DNA from: Octopus sinensis
Taxonomy: Eukaryota
DNA length: 64,000 nt
NCBI RefSeq assembly: GCF_006345805.1
Contig: NC_043020.1
Location: 25,916,001-25,980,000 of the forward strand
Direction of reading: 5' to 3'
The notes beneath the pieces were generated by a model that saw nothing but the letters and a program-made list of their open reading frames with translations, had not been told where the DNA came from and did not search any database. Of this stretch, positions 53,230 through 64,000 are shown in pieces. A program made the translations under genes and the position numbers. The first letter of the stretch is position 1. Each line of letters starts with the position of its first letter.

Positions 53230-55571
53230 AAATTGGAGACTACACATATAATAACCAGTATGTCCTCCTCTTTTAAATATACCAGTGTATGGTTCCGTTC
53301 TGAGATTGAACTGTTAATTCGAGAAAATCTTATGAAAATATTCAGAGTGTCTCTCCTGTGATTCGTTGCTTGTTTCATTTGCTCGCGATTCTGGATGGAA
53401 GAGTAGAAGCAATTCACGAAAGCAGCGTATACCTCGTCGTTAGGAATATATAATGGCCGATGATGGTGGGATACAAATCTTGAATGATCGATGACTTCCT
53501 GTTACTGCAAGGAGTTCATTGCTTATCCGCTTCACACTCGATTCCAACCTCTGTATTGCGTATGCGCTATATTATATACGATATTTATCATTATTATAAT
53601 AAATTCTGTGTTCAGAAATTGATATAAATCATACGATATACCCAGTGGTGTTTACATATTTATACGGAAGGAGAGGAAAAGCTTGTAAACGTAGGCACAA
53701 CAGTATGTGTGTATACACACACACACGCACGCACACACACACACACATACACACAGGCAGGCACACACATATAATGGTTGTTGTTGTTAGGTTTTAGTCT
53801 GAATCGAATATCCATGTAAGCTACTAAGATTAATGGAAGTTATGTATATTTACAAAGCTCCATCCAAAGACGACTTATTCTATCGAAGAAAAGACTGTCT
53901 AAATTATTTAGTAGCGAGTTCGTTAGGTGAAGCATAGTGACGAAAAGGGGGGACATGTATTAGTTTATGTCGAAATCCTTTAACTGTAAATTGAATATAT
54001 TTAACGGTTTCAGTCACCGGAAACCAGCCAGTTACACAGAGTGTTAGAACATAATTTTAAACCACCTTACCTGTTCGTTCCTACATGTCTGCTGCAAATG
54101 CGTGAGAAAAGCAGCTAAATCTTCCTCAAGTAATGCAGTAACGCATTAAAAATTCCTATCTTTTCTCACTCTAAACACATTAGAATAATGAGGGGCATTT
54201 TCTGTAATGTAAAAATTAAACCTTAATAAAAAGATGGGATTGAAAGAAAGAACTGTATTCGTGTATAAACCACACTCGGAGATAATTGTCCTGGGGTATC
54301 AACAGCAATTTCAACGCAAAAACAAGAGGATGAGATAAGGCGTTAGCAATATGTGCCAGATATAGTTAGTTCTCCAATGTAACGAACTCTTACTTGCACA
54401 GAGATAAGCAGGTTTAATAAATTATACATACATATATACATACATACATACATACGGATAGAGGTAGCAGAATGCTCAGGGGTTTTTCGGCTGTATTTTT
54501 GTTGAGATCAAATTCCGTTGAGGTGGATTTTTTTCTTTCGTTCTATCGGGGTCCATAAAATAACTACTGGTTCGATGTAATCAATTTACGCATATATACA
54601 TACATACGTAGATGCATACCTACCTAACTGCCCACCAATATACATACTTCCATGAATACATACATATACACATACATATGTACAATACAATGACTGACCA
54701 CAGTCATTGAATTGAAACATATAAGAGAATAAAAGTACAAACCCAGACTCAACCATCCGAACATACTGACACAGAGAAATTAACAAGGAAAAGGGAAAAA
54801 AAATTTTTAAGCGATTATCTCCCTTACACCGGAAGAAATCACTCACTACCTCCCCTTATTTAGAAATCTTCTGTTAATAAACACAACGATAACTCCATGC
54901 AATATAAACATAACGTCACAAGAAATTTGAAAAGCTACACGCGAAACCGGTAATTTCTTTAAAAATTTTAAAATTATGTCATTTTAAGGAAAGGAAAAAA
55001 ATTTTTCCAATATTCTCCAGACATTTTGACACAAATATATATATTTTTTAACATTTAAGCCTTCTGTCGTTTTTTCACACTTTACTATTTTCTTATATAT
55101 ATATATATGAGTTATGAGTGTGTGTTAATGTGTTATGGAAAATTAAAACGTTGACAATGTTTATGGGTCGTTGGAAAGAGGTCAAGCGCATATAGAAAGA
55201 TACACACACATATATGTATACCGCAGGCTTCCATATAGTTTCCGTTTTCCAAATTAACTCAAAAGGAACCAGTCTATCCGGGGATATAGTAAAAGACCGA
55301 TGCCCATAGTGTCTCGCAGTGAAATTGAACCAAATAATTCCTAACTTTAAAAGAAGCTTCTAATCCACACAGCTAAAATTTGTTTTCTCTGTTGTGTTGA
55401 CAGTAATAGATATAACGTATGTAATAAGTAATAAAAAGTGTATAATAAACATATACAATATGTTATAATGCAGGTGTTTTACTTCTTAAATATAAACACA
55501 AAGTATACGTGACAGATTTTAACATACAATCCTGTGGGTAGTATGAAATTAATTGCTACTGTATCTCTTTT

Positions 55572-57310
55572 AATATTTAACTATACAGCAAGTCGGCAAG
55601 TTAGTAGAGTTGTTAACATCCCGAGCAAAATGCATCATAGTATTCCGTCCGTTTTGACGAGTACCAGTTGAACAATAGGGATGATGGAATCGATTACCAA
55701 TGTCCCCAGAAATTCCAAACCTCCTGCTATAATTTGAAACCAATATTTAACTATACAGCAATTTGGTGAGATGGCAGAAACGTTAGCACGTCGGCCGAGA
55801 TGCTTAGTGGTATTTCGTCTGCCGTTACGTTCTGAGTTCAAATTCCGATGAGGTCGACCTTGCCTTTTATCCTTTCGGGGTCGATAAATTAAGTACCAGT
55901 TACTTACTGGAGTCGATATAATCGACTTAATCCGTCTGTCTGTCCTTGTTTGTCTCCTCTGCGTTTAGCCGCCTATGGATAGTAAGGAAATAGGTATTGC
56001 ATACGTATTAATAGCTTCGAGATTTCAATGATGTAATTGTAGGGTAAATGTAAAAGGCTATATCTGGCCAGTTTGAACATAGAGCAGATAGAATATTTGG
56101 GCGAGAGATGGCTGTTATTTCTGTCAGGATGAGCGATTACGTAGAAACTCTCTTGAAGAACTTCCAGTAGAAGAGAGTCATGTTGTTAAGGCGGTGACCT
56201 GGTAGAATCGTTACCACGTCGGGCAAAATGCATTGCCGTATTTTGTCCGATTTAATAAGTACCAGTTGCACCACGTGATTGATATAATCGATTACCAATC
56301 TCCCACCAAATTCCTGACAATCTGCTATAATTTGAAGCCAATATTTAACCATGCAGGAGTGGCTGTGTGGTAAGTAGCTTGCTTACCAACCACATGGTTT
56401 TGGGTTCAGTCCCACTGCGTGGCATCTTGGGCAAGTGTCTTCTGCTATAGCCTCGGGCCAACCAAAGCCTTGTGAGTAGACGGAAACTGAAAGAAGCCTG
56501 TCGTATATATGTATATGCATATATATATGTGTGTGTGTGTGTATATGTTTGTGTGTCTGAGTTTGTTCCTCTAGTATTGCTTGACAACTGATGCTGGTGT
56601 GATTACGTCCCCGTCACTTAGCGGTTCGGCAAAAGAGACCGATAGAATAAGTACTGGGCTTAAAAAGAATAAGTCCTGGGGTCAATTTACTCGACTAAAG
56701 GCGGTGCTCCAGCATGGCCGCAGTCAAATGACTGAAACAAGTAAAAGAGTATGCATTGCTGTTAAGGCGGTGAGCTGGCAGAATCGTTAGCACGTCGGGC
56801 AAAATGCTTAGCGGTATTTCGCCTGCCGTTACGTTCTGAGTTCAAATTCCGCCGAGGTCGACTTTGCCTTTTATCCTTTAGGGGTCGATAAATTAAGTAC
56901 CAGTTACGCACTGGGGTCGATGTAATCGACTTAATACCTATGTCTGTCCTTGTTTGTTCCCTCTATGTTTAGCCCCTTGTGGGTAATAAAGAAATAGGTA
57001 TTTCGTGAGCTCAAATTCCGCCGAGCTCATCTTTGCTTTTCATCCTTTCGGGGTTCGATTAAATAAGTACCAGTTGAACAATGGAGTTGATGTAATTGGC
57101 TTATTCCCGCCCCCAAAATTTCAGGCCTTGTCTATAGTAGAAAGGAGTATTTAACCATGAAGTAAAGCGGCGGGCTGACAGAATCGTTAACACGCTGGAC
57201 ATGTTGCTTAGCAGCATTTCGTCCGTCTCTGTGTTTTGAGTTTGACTTTGCCTTTCAACAGTTCGGGGTCGATAAAACAAGCAGCAGTTGAACACTGGAG
57301 TTGATGCGTA
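55572..57310 (+). mobile_element. Cluster of same-strand SINEs
   Basis: Family B lies at about 55765-55995, 56765-57130 and 57165-57310, deleted family B at 55592-55745 and 56185-56345, and family A at 56351-56752. All are homologous to the family sequences elsewhere in the window. Confidence 0.85.
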
Positions 57311-57807
57311 TGTACCTCATACATATCTGCATGCATTTATTTTTTTTTTCTTTTTATTCTTATGCATTTCAGGCAAAACTTGTGGCATGCTGACGCAACG
57401 CCATTGTTATCACATTTTCAATGTCCATTCATTTTTTGATCGGCTGCGGATAAAGGAACGATTTCGATATTGCTTTCCTCGTTTGAATTTCTTGCAGTGA
57501 GCTTACGTCATCTGATCCTATGCATCAGATTAACAGGCTTCGTAATGTGTTATCAGCTTTGAAAGGATCTCGGGGTGATGTGAGATTACAACATACAGAA
57601 TCGGAGTTAATATTGCAAGACTTTCTATCTGAGGATTTGACTAAGACTGATTCGCCTTGTCACTCACGCACGCACGCCACACGCACGTACAAACACAGAA
57701 ACACACCCACGCTCTCTCTCTCTCTCTCTCTTTATCACAGTTTGACCGTCCACCCTTCTATCTGTATTATTGCTTACTTTCTATCTATCTATCTATCTAT
57801 CTCTGTT

Positions 57808-57872
<65 letters not shown>

Positions 57873-57948
57873 CTCTATCTATTTATTTATACATCTGTAT
57901 CTATCTATACATCTATCTAGCTAGCTAGCTATCCATCCATCCATCCAG

Positions 57949-58023
<75 letters not shown>

Positions 58024-58278
58024 CATACCTATCTATCTACCTATCTATCTATCTATTTATCTCTCTCACAATGGACGGACGCTAGTCATATCGGCTCCAC
58101 GTAAGTTGGCCACTTTTACATGTTTAAAACTCCTTGTTGTCAAATATTTTGTTTTAATCGTTGTGCAAGTTCATTCACTAAAAAACCTGAGAATTATTCA
58201 CGTAGAATTCCGCCCCTGTATGGGCGAAATTACAAAAAACTTTCAAAACTTTCGTGGGTTTTTTAGCCATTTTTCATT

Positions 58279-60284
58279 TTGAAAATGGCAACTAGAAACC
58301 ACGTGGCTAGCCCGCCAGTCATGCAGAACGGTAGCAAAACACTATTGCTACCACTAGCTGCTAAACATCGCAGCGTGAACACCGCTGTCACCACCATCAC
58401 CACCACCAACACACAACAACAATCTAACGTCGCATTCACCATCGCCGCGACCAAAGACATTAACTTAGATTTCCCCTCACTCCTCCTCACACCACTTGTT
58501 GATGATAAAGGGACAGAGAAAGGTTTCCAAAATGAATACAAACGAAAACATGAATGCCAGCACCACCACCATCACCACCAACAACAACAACAACGAAATT
58601 GGCACAAAGCCGCCTACCAAAGACAACACCGCCAACACCAACACCACTACTACGACGTCAAATGCTACATCCAAGCCTTCTGCTGCTAATACCGCCAACC
58701 AACACCACTACCATGACTTCAATTAACACTGCCACAATTAACACTTCTACTACTGCCAAATTCAAACGAATTTTGCGGACGTAACAAAACAAAAAAGAAC
58801 AATTGTAACATTCACCACACAAGAGATAAACCGCACAAAGGCACTCTTCTCCAAAGAAGGAGAGAAATTGCACCTTCATATTCCACAACACATCGTGGAA
58901 AACACACAAAAAAAACAATAATTTATAAAGTAATAAACAAAAAACAGAAGAACAGAAAATGCACCGCAGGAAAAAATCGATAAATGCCTTCGTCCTGTAT
59001 GGGACTCCAAGGAATATATCAGTTGGGGAACAAATTTGGTACAGTCCAAGTACGTTTCCTCAACGAAAGTTTAGCAAAACGTTTTTCCACATTGGAGCTG
59101 CATTCGGACGACTTGGTAATGATACCAGTCTATTTAAACAAAAGGTCACGAAAGTCCAAATAAAAAACATACCATTTGATGTCGAAACACAATGGTTGGT
59201 CTCTGCCATCTGCTTTGAAATGTCAGAGACAATGTCAGAGACAAACATCCTGGAAATCGCGGTTCTAGGAGAGAAAGCCTATGTGGGAAAATCAATCGAA
59301 TTCCTGCTTCAATTGGATGAAGCAGCAAGAGAGAAGATACCCACCGCTATAGAACTGCCAGGAGGCTACAAACTCTATATAGTGGTAGAGGGCAGGCGAC
59401 CACGCTGCTATTTGTGTGGAAGCGAAACACACTTGAAAAAGACGTGCCCAACCACTGCACACCAAGAGCAACAACAACAACCACTACCACAACCAAAGCA
59501 CTCCGGAAAAAAAGCTCTACTACCCACCCACACCACCATCAACACAGAAGACGACAAGAGAAGCACACCAAGCTAATCCGTCATCAACCAAAAACCACTC
59601 GACACCTGAAAAAATACCAACACCACCATCAACAGCAAAACCCAAAGGAACAGAAAAACAAAGAAAACACACACAAACTGATCCCCCATCCCTTATACCG
59701 CACTCAACACACACAAAACACTCAACAACCAACAACAACGAAAACAACAACACAACCACTTACACAGACATACATAGAAGCCCACAACATACCCCTACCC
59801 CCTTCTGATTCCTCAGAATTTCGTCGGAAGACGAACCAGTGAGGAATGGCAAATAGCTACAAAAAGAAGGAAAATAAAGAGCAGAAACACAACCAAACCA
59901 AATGCAAACACGAACAAAGCAGGGGGAAATACATCTCCCGAAGACATTTCAAAACCCAACGCAAACAACAGCCACACCAACACCACAAAAACATATACAG
60001 CAAACATGCTCACAGCCATAGACACCAAAAACACAAATTTGATGGAATACATCCAATCAAAAACAAACATAACAGAAGATGACATAAAAACAAACATCAC
60101 CCATACACAACACCACCAGACCACATCAAAATATTACACATCTCCAAAAGTCTGCACCACACACTCAAAGGCATTTTCCCCAGTGCGGTTGGTAAATGCC
60201 AAAAATATCTCACAAAGAAACTGTACTGGGATCTTCTCGAGGACAAACCAACGGAGGAGAAAGCAAAAACTTTCGAGCAGTAAG
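58279..60284 (+). pseudogene. LINE ORF1 (gag-like), frameshifted
   Basis: RRM-like VTKVQIKNIPFDV and the CCHC knuckle CYLCGSETHLKKTC (CX2CX4HX4C) lie in ORF 58959-59576. T/Q/H-rich low-complexity flanks sit in shifting frames, so the boundaries are inferred. Confidence 0.65.
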
Positions 60285-60314
60285 TAACCCTCTGTATTCT
60301 AATTCATTAGAACT

Positions 60315-63300
60315 ATGATCAAGATTGGTTGTGTAAATGCGCGTGGCTTGGGGTCCCCTTGGAAACAAGGGTACCTCTTAAATGACATAAAGTCACATAA
60401 GTTAGAAATCATAGCCATAAGCGAGACCAGACTCCACAATCCGCGGGCCCTAAAGACCATGTTTGGCGGACAGTTCAACATTTATTTTTCCCCCTGTCTG
60501 CCGAGAATGGGCGGTAGTGGCACCGCGGTACTTTTTCACAAGAGTCTGGATCTCAATGTAAGGACAATATTCGTAGACCCGGAGGGTAGACTGGTCGTCC
60601 TGGATGTCGACGGCAGCAATGGGTGCGCTTTTCGACTCGTATCAGTTTACGCACCGCCCTTAACAGGTCGGGCGGATTTCTTTCAACGTCTAGAAGTTTT
60701 CTTGGGAACGTCTCGTCCTTTACTCTTAGTGGGGGATTGGAATGCTACCTTGGACACGCATGTAGACTACGTGGGTAGAGATAGGAATAGACGGGGATGC
60801 AAATGCCTCAGAGACCTGCTCAGACGCTTTCAACTGTCTGACAGGTTCCGACTAGACCACCCGAATGCGCCAACGTGGACATGGAGCAACCGCATCGGGT
60901 CGTCGAGATCGTATCTAGATAGGATACTGTGTAGGACAGTAGATAGAGATAGCATAGGATGTCCACAATTCCACATAGTCAGCTACACGGATCACAAACT
61001 TGTGACATGTACGCTAGACTTAGGTAAGACATTAGGCAGGGTCCCGGATACTGGAAACTAAACGCGTCTTTCCCATCGAGACAAGTTTTCAGAGACCGGA
61101 TTAGCACACTAGTAAAGAGGGCTTTGACGGGAGCCATCATCAACAACAAATGGTGGTTTGCCCTCAAGAGAGCAGTAAAAGCAGAAGCGATTAGGTACAG
61201 CAAAGCACTAGCCATAGATAGAAATAGAGTAGAGGGTGAGCTAGTTAAGAAGCTAGAAGAGGCAATTAGAAGCGGCATCGCATCCGACGTTTTGGCGGCG
61301 AGGTTGGCCCTCGACCAACACTTCAACGCCAAACACGAAGGATGTGCTGTCAGAGCTAGGATGCGTGCTCTAAGGAACGAAGGTGTTGGAGCCGCGAGAG
61401 AGGCCCGGGTGGCAGAGGCGCAACAGGGCAACAAAGCCACCATTCGGTCACTGGTAGATGAACAGGGGCGCGAATTGCTCGAGCCAAGTAAAATGTGTGA
61501 GGCCTTTCAGCAGCATTTTGCCCGACTGTTCGGAACGAGTGGAGGGCAAGAACGTAGGGTGGACTTCAGTGCCTACCTACATAGCCTACCACGACTCTCG
61601 ACAAGAAAGGCAGGGTGCTGCGAAGGTGCCATCACGGCGGCGGAAGTGCGGGAAGCGATGGCAGAATGCTCGAGGGACAAATCACCGGGTTTGGATGGTC
61701 TACCCTACGAGCTTTACAATTGTATGCCAGACTTGTTTGGAGATCTCTTGGCGGCGGTGTACTGCAACTGGCAGCAAAACGGGAGCATTCCTGGTTTTGT
61801 GAGCCGAGGAACCGTAACACTGCTGAAGAAAGATCTAAACAAGGGAAATGTAATAGATAACTTTAGGCCCATCACTCTGCTTAATGCAGACTTGAAAATT
61901 TTGGCCAAGGTGCTAGCCAAGAGGTTGGCGCTTGTCATCGAGAAACTGGTCGACAAGGCGCAAACATGCGCCTTGCCAGGCCGGACCATCCATGACAACC
62001 TCCATCTGATGCGCTACAATCATAGACAGGGTAGTTAACGAACCTGGCATGGGTGGGGCCCTGATCAACTTGGATCAATCGAAAGCCTTGATAGGGTAGA
62101 CCATCGATACTTGGAGGCAGTCCTGAGAGCGGCTGGTTTCGGTCCCGTCTTCCGCGGCTGGATAGCTGCCTTGTACAGAGGCATCCGTTCGGTAATTCGC
62201 GTAAATGGACATCTATCGAGACCTTTCGACATTGCACGTTCGGTCCGTCAGGGATGCCCCCTCTCGGCGCTTCTATACGTATTGACTCTTGAGCCACTAC
62301 TGCGGAAGCTGGCGACTCTAAGGGGCATCCCGCGAGAATTGGGATGCGGGACGAGCGTGTCTGCATACGCGGACGACGTCACCGTCATAGTGTCTAGCCA
62401 CGAGCACATCGAGCTGGTCGGCGAGACACTGAAAAACTACGAAGCGGTGACAGGAGCGAAAATCAACCGGGAAAAGTCAGTGGGCTTGCGACTAGGCACC
62501 TGGAGAAGCAAGCCCATGCCGTCCACCAGCGCCTCCGTCGTGGGACGCTGGACCGACGGCCCGGTTGAGTTGCTCGGGGTCTGGTTTGGTCCGGACCTCC
62601 AAGTGGAGAAGAACTGGAACGAGATAACGAGTAGGGTGGTCACTCTCGCCCGGCAATGGGCCGAGAGGAAACTGTCCCTAAAAGGTCGAGCGGAGGTGGC
62701 GAACACGTACATCGCGTCCGTCATCTACTACCGCCTGACCGTCGTACCTTGTCCCGACCCTACCATCACCAAACTACAACGCATCCTCTTTCGCTTCTTG
62801 TGGAAAGGATGCGTCCCGATGGTCAGGCGATCCATTTGCTGTCAACACCCGTTAAAAGGAGGGCTGGGCATGCCGTGGTTGATGATGCAGACACGCGCTG
62901 AGACTGCGACATCTCTGGCTCTATGTAGACGACGGTGAACAGGTGTGGTCGCCGTTTGTGAGGCACGCTTACCCGCAGCTCGTCTCCATGACCGAACTGC
63001 AGTCGTGGATCAAAAAGAGGCCGAGGAAGGGCGAATGGCACCGCGAGTGTCGCGTTGCTCTCAAGCAACTCTGCCGTCTGGGTCGACCTTAAGTGACTTC
63101 AACACAACCAAAGCATTCTATAGGGGTTTAGTGGAGGGGAGGTACGACGACGAGCTCGGGGCGAACCTGGACGTCGACGAGGAGTACCTGACCCGCCTGT
63201 TCGGGACGACTTTCGGGCCAGGGCCCATGGACAACTTCCAGAGATCCCTGGCCTGGCAGTGCTACCGAGAAGCGCTACCGTTTCGGGATAAGCTCTACAG

Positions 63301-63746
63301 ACACGGCTCGAGAAACACGGGGCCGACCTGCCCGAGATGCGGTCAGAGCGACGAAACCGTTCTGCACGCACTCGTTCAGTGTCCAACAATTTCCGACCTG
63401 TGGGCTTATGTCGAACAACTGCTGTCACGTGTGGGACGAGTCGGTTTATCAGCTGAGTCTATCGTCAATATTGTCACGCCTCCTTCCTTCAACGGGAAGG
63501 AAGAGCTATTTTCATCATCCTTGTGGCTATGGCGAAAGAATGTATCTGGTGGACGCGTCTGAAAGGATTGGAGACAAACACTTTCCTCTCTGGTCAATCT
63601 CTCATCAACTTCTTCAAGTACCACTTGAAAAGAAAGTGAGAGTAGAGAGGCAAGTTTTGTCTAGCGAATGTTTTAAAAAAAGATGGGTGAATGTAGCAAG
63701 AATGGCACGTATGAATGACGAAGCCACTTTGAGCATAGTCCTATGA
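60315..63746 (+). pseudogene. LINE ORF2 (AP endonuclease, reverse transcriptase, C-terminal zinc finger) with about 7 small frameshifts
   Basis: Motifs in order: NARGL..ETR, VYAP, GDWN, SYLDRI, TDHK, GPGYWKLN, SPGLDG, FRPITLLNADLKILAK, QGCPLS, AYADD, GGLG and CPRCG..ETVLHALVQC. Confidence 0.92.
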
Positions 63747-64000
63747 ACCCAGAAATCGAAAACAGAGAGTTGCTTATTTGCAAAAAAAAAAAAAAAAAAG
63801 AAATATAAAATGTGACTTCATTGACCGAGGTTACCGTGGTCTTTTCCGTAGGCTTTTCTTTCCACGGGTAAACCTCACCTGTCCTCCCCTTTACACTTCA
63901 TATTGACATTTCTGTGATAACGATCCCTATTGATCAATTTTTTTTTCCTCTCCCCCCTTTTTTTTTTTTTTAACCCCCCCTTTTTTTGTCCTCTTTCTCT

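Larger units (their letters stand above)
58270..64000 (+). mobile_element. Near full-length Tx1/L1-clade LINE; the 3' UTR probably runs past the window edge
   Basis: A gag-like ORF1 remnant is followed by an APE-RT-zinc-finger ORF2. GC in ORF2 is much higher than in the host background. Confidence 0.9.

Noticed and set aside
54060-54110. Minus-strand 18/21-nt micro-exon with a perfect CAG|GTAAG donor
   Set aside because: It appears to lie in a dispersed repeat (related AGCTAAATCT.CCTCAA sequence at about 31607), and there is no evidence of a host gene.
63782-63799. Poly(A) run as the LINE 3' end
   Set aside because: No TSD matching the 5' flank follows it, and complex sequence continues, so it may be internal to the 3' UTR.

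Overview
AT-rich, repeat-saturated animal nuclear DNA, most likely from an octopod cephalopod. This is inferred from the tRNA-derived SINE families and the very high (TA)n/(ATT)n/(TCTA)n load, not from a database match. No host gene can be called confidently, and nearly all ORFs in the supplied track are translated microsatellites. The window holds dozens of SINE copies from at least four modular families, two non-autonomous Helitrons and a Helentron-type element. It also holds mariner, maT and hAT remnants, a 5'-truncated R4/Dong-type retrotransposon embedded in (TAA)n, and a nearly full-length Tx1/L1-type LINE at the right end. There is one 100-N gap. The most striking unexplained layer is a set of about nine type I hammerhead-ribozyme (HHR) motifs or half-motifs from several sequence families. 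They have palindromic stem III and their cleavage-site side usually points toward a (TA)n tract. Some lie in fold-back elements, including a 154-bp inverted repeat with an HHR on each strand. These are best read as ends of Penelope-like elements, but no Penelope ORF is visible in the window.
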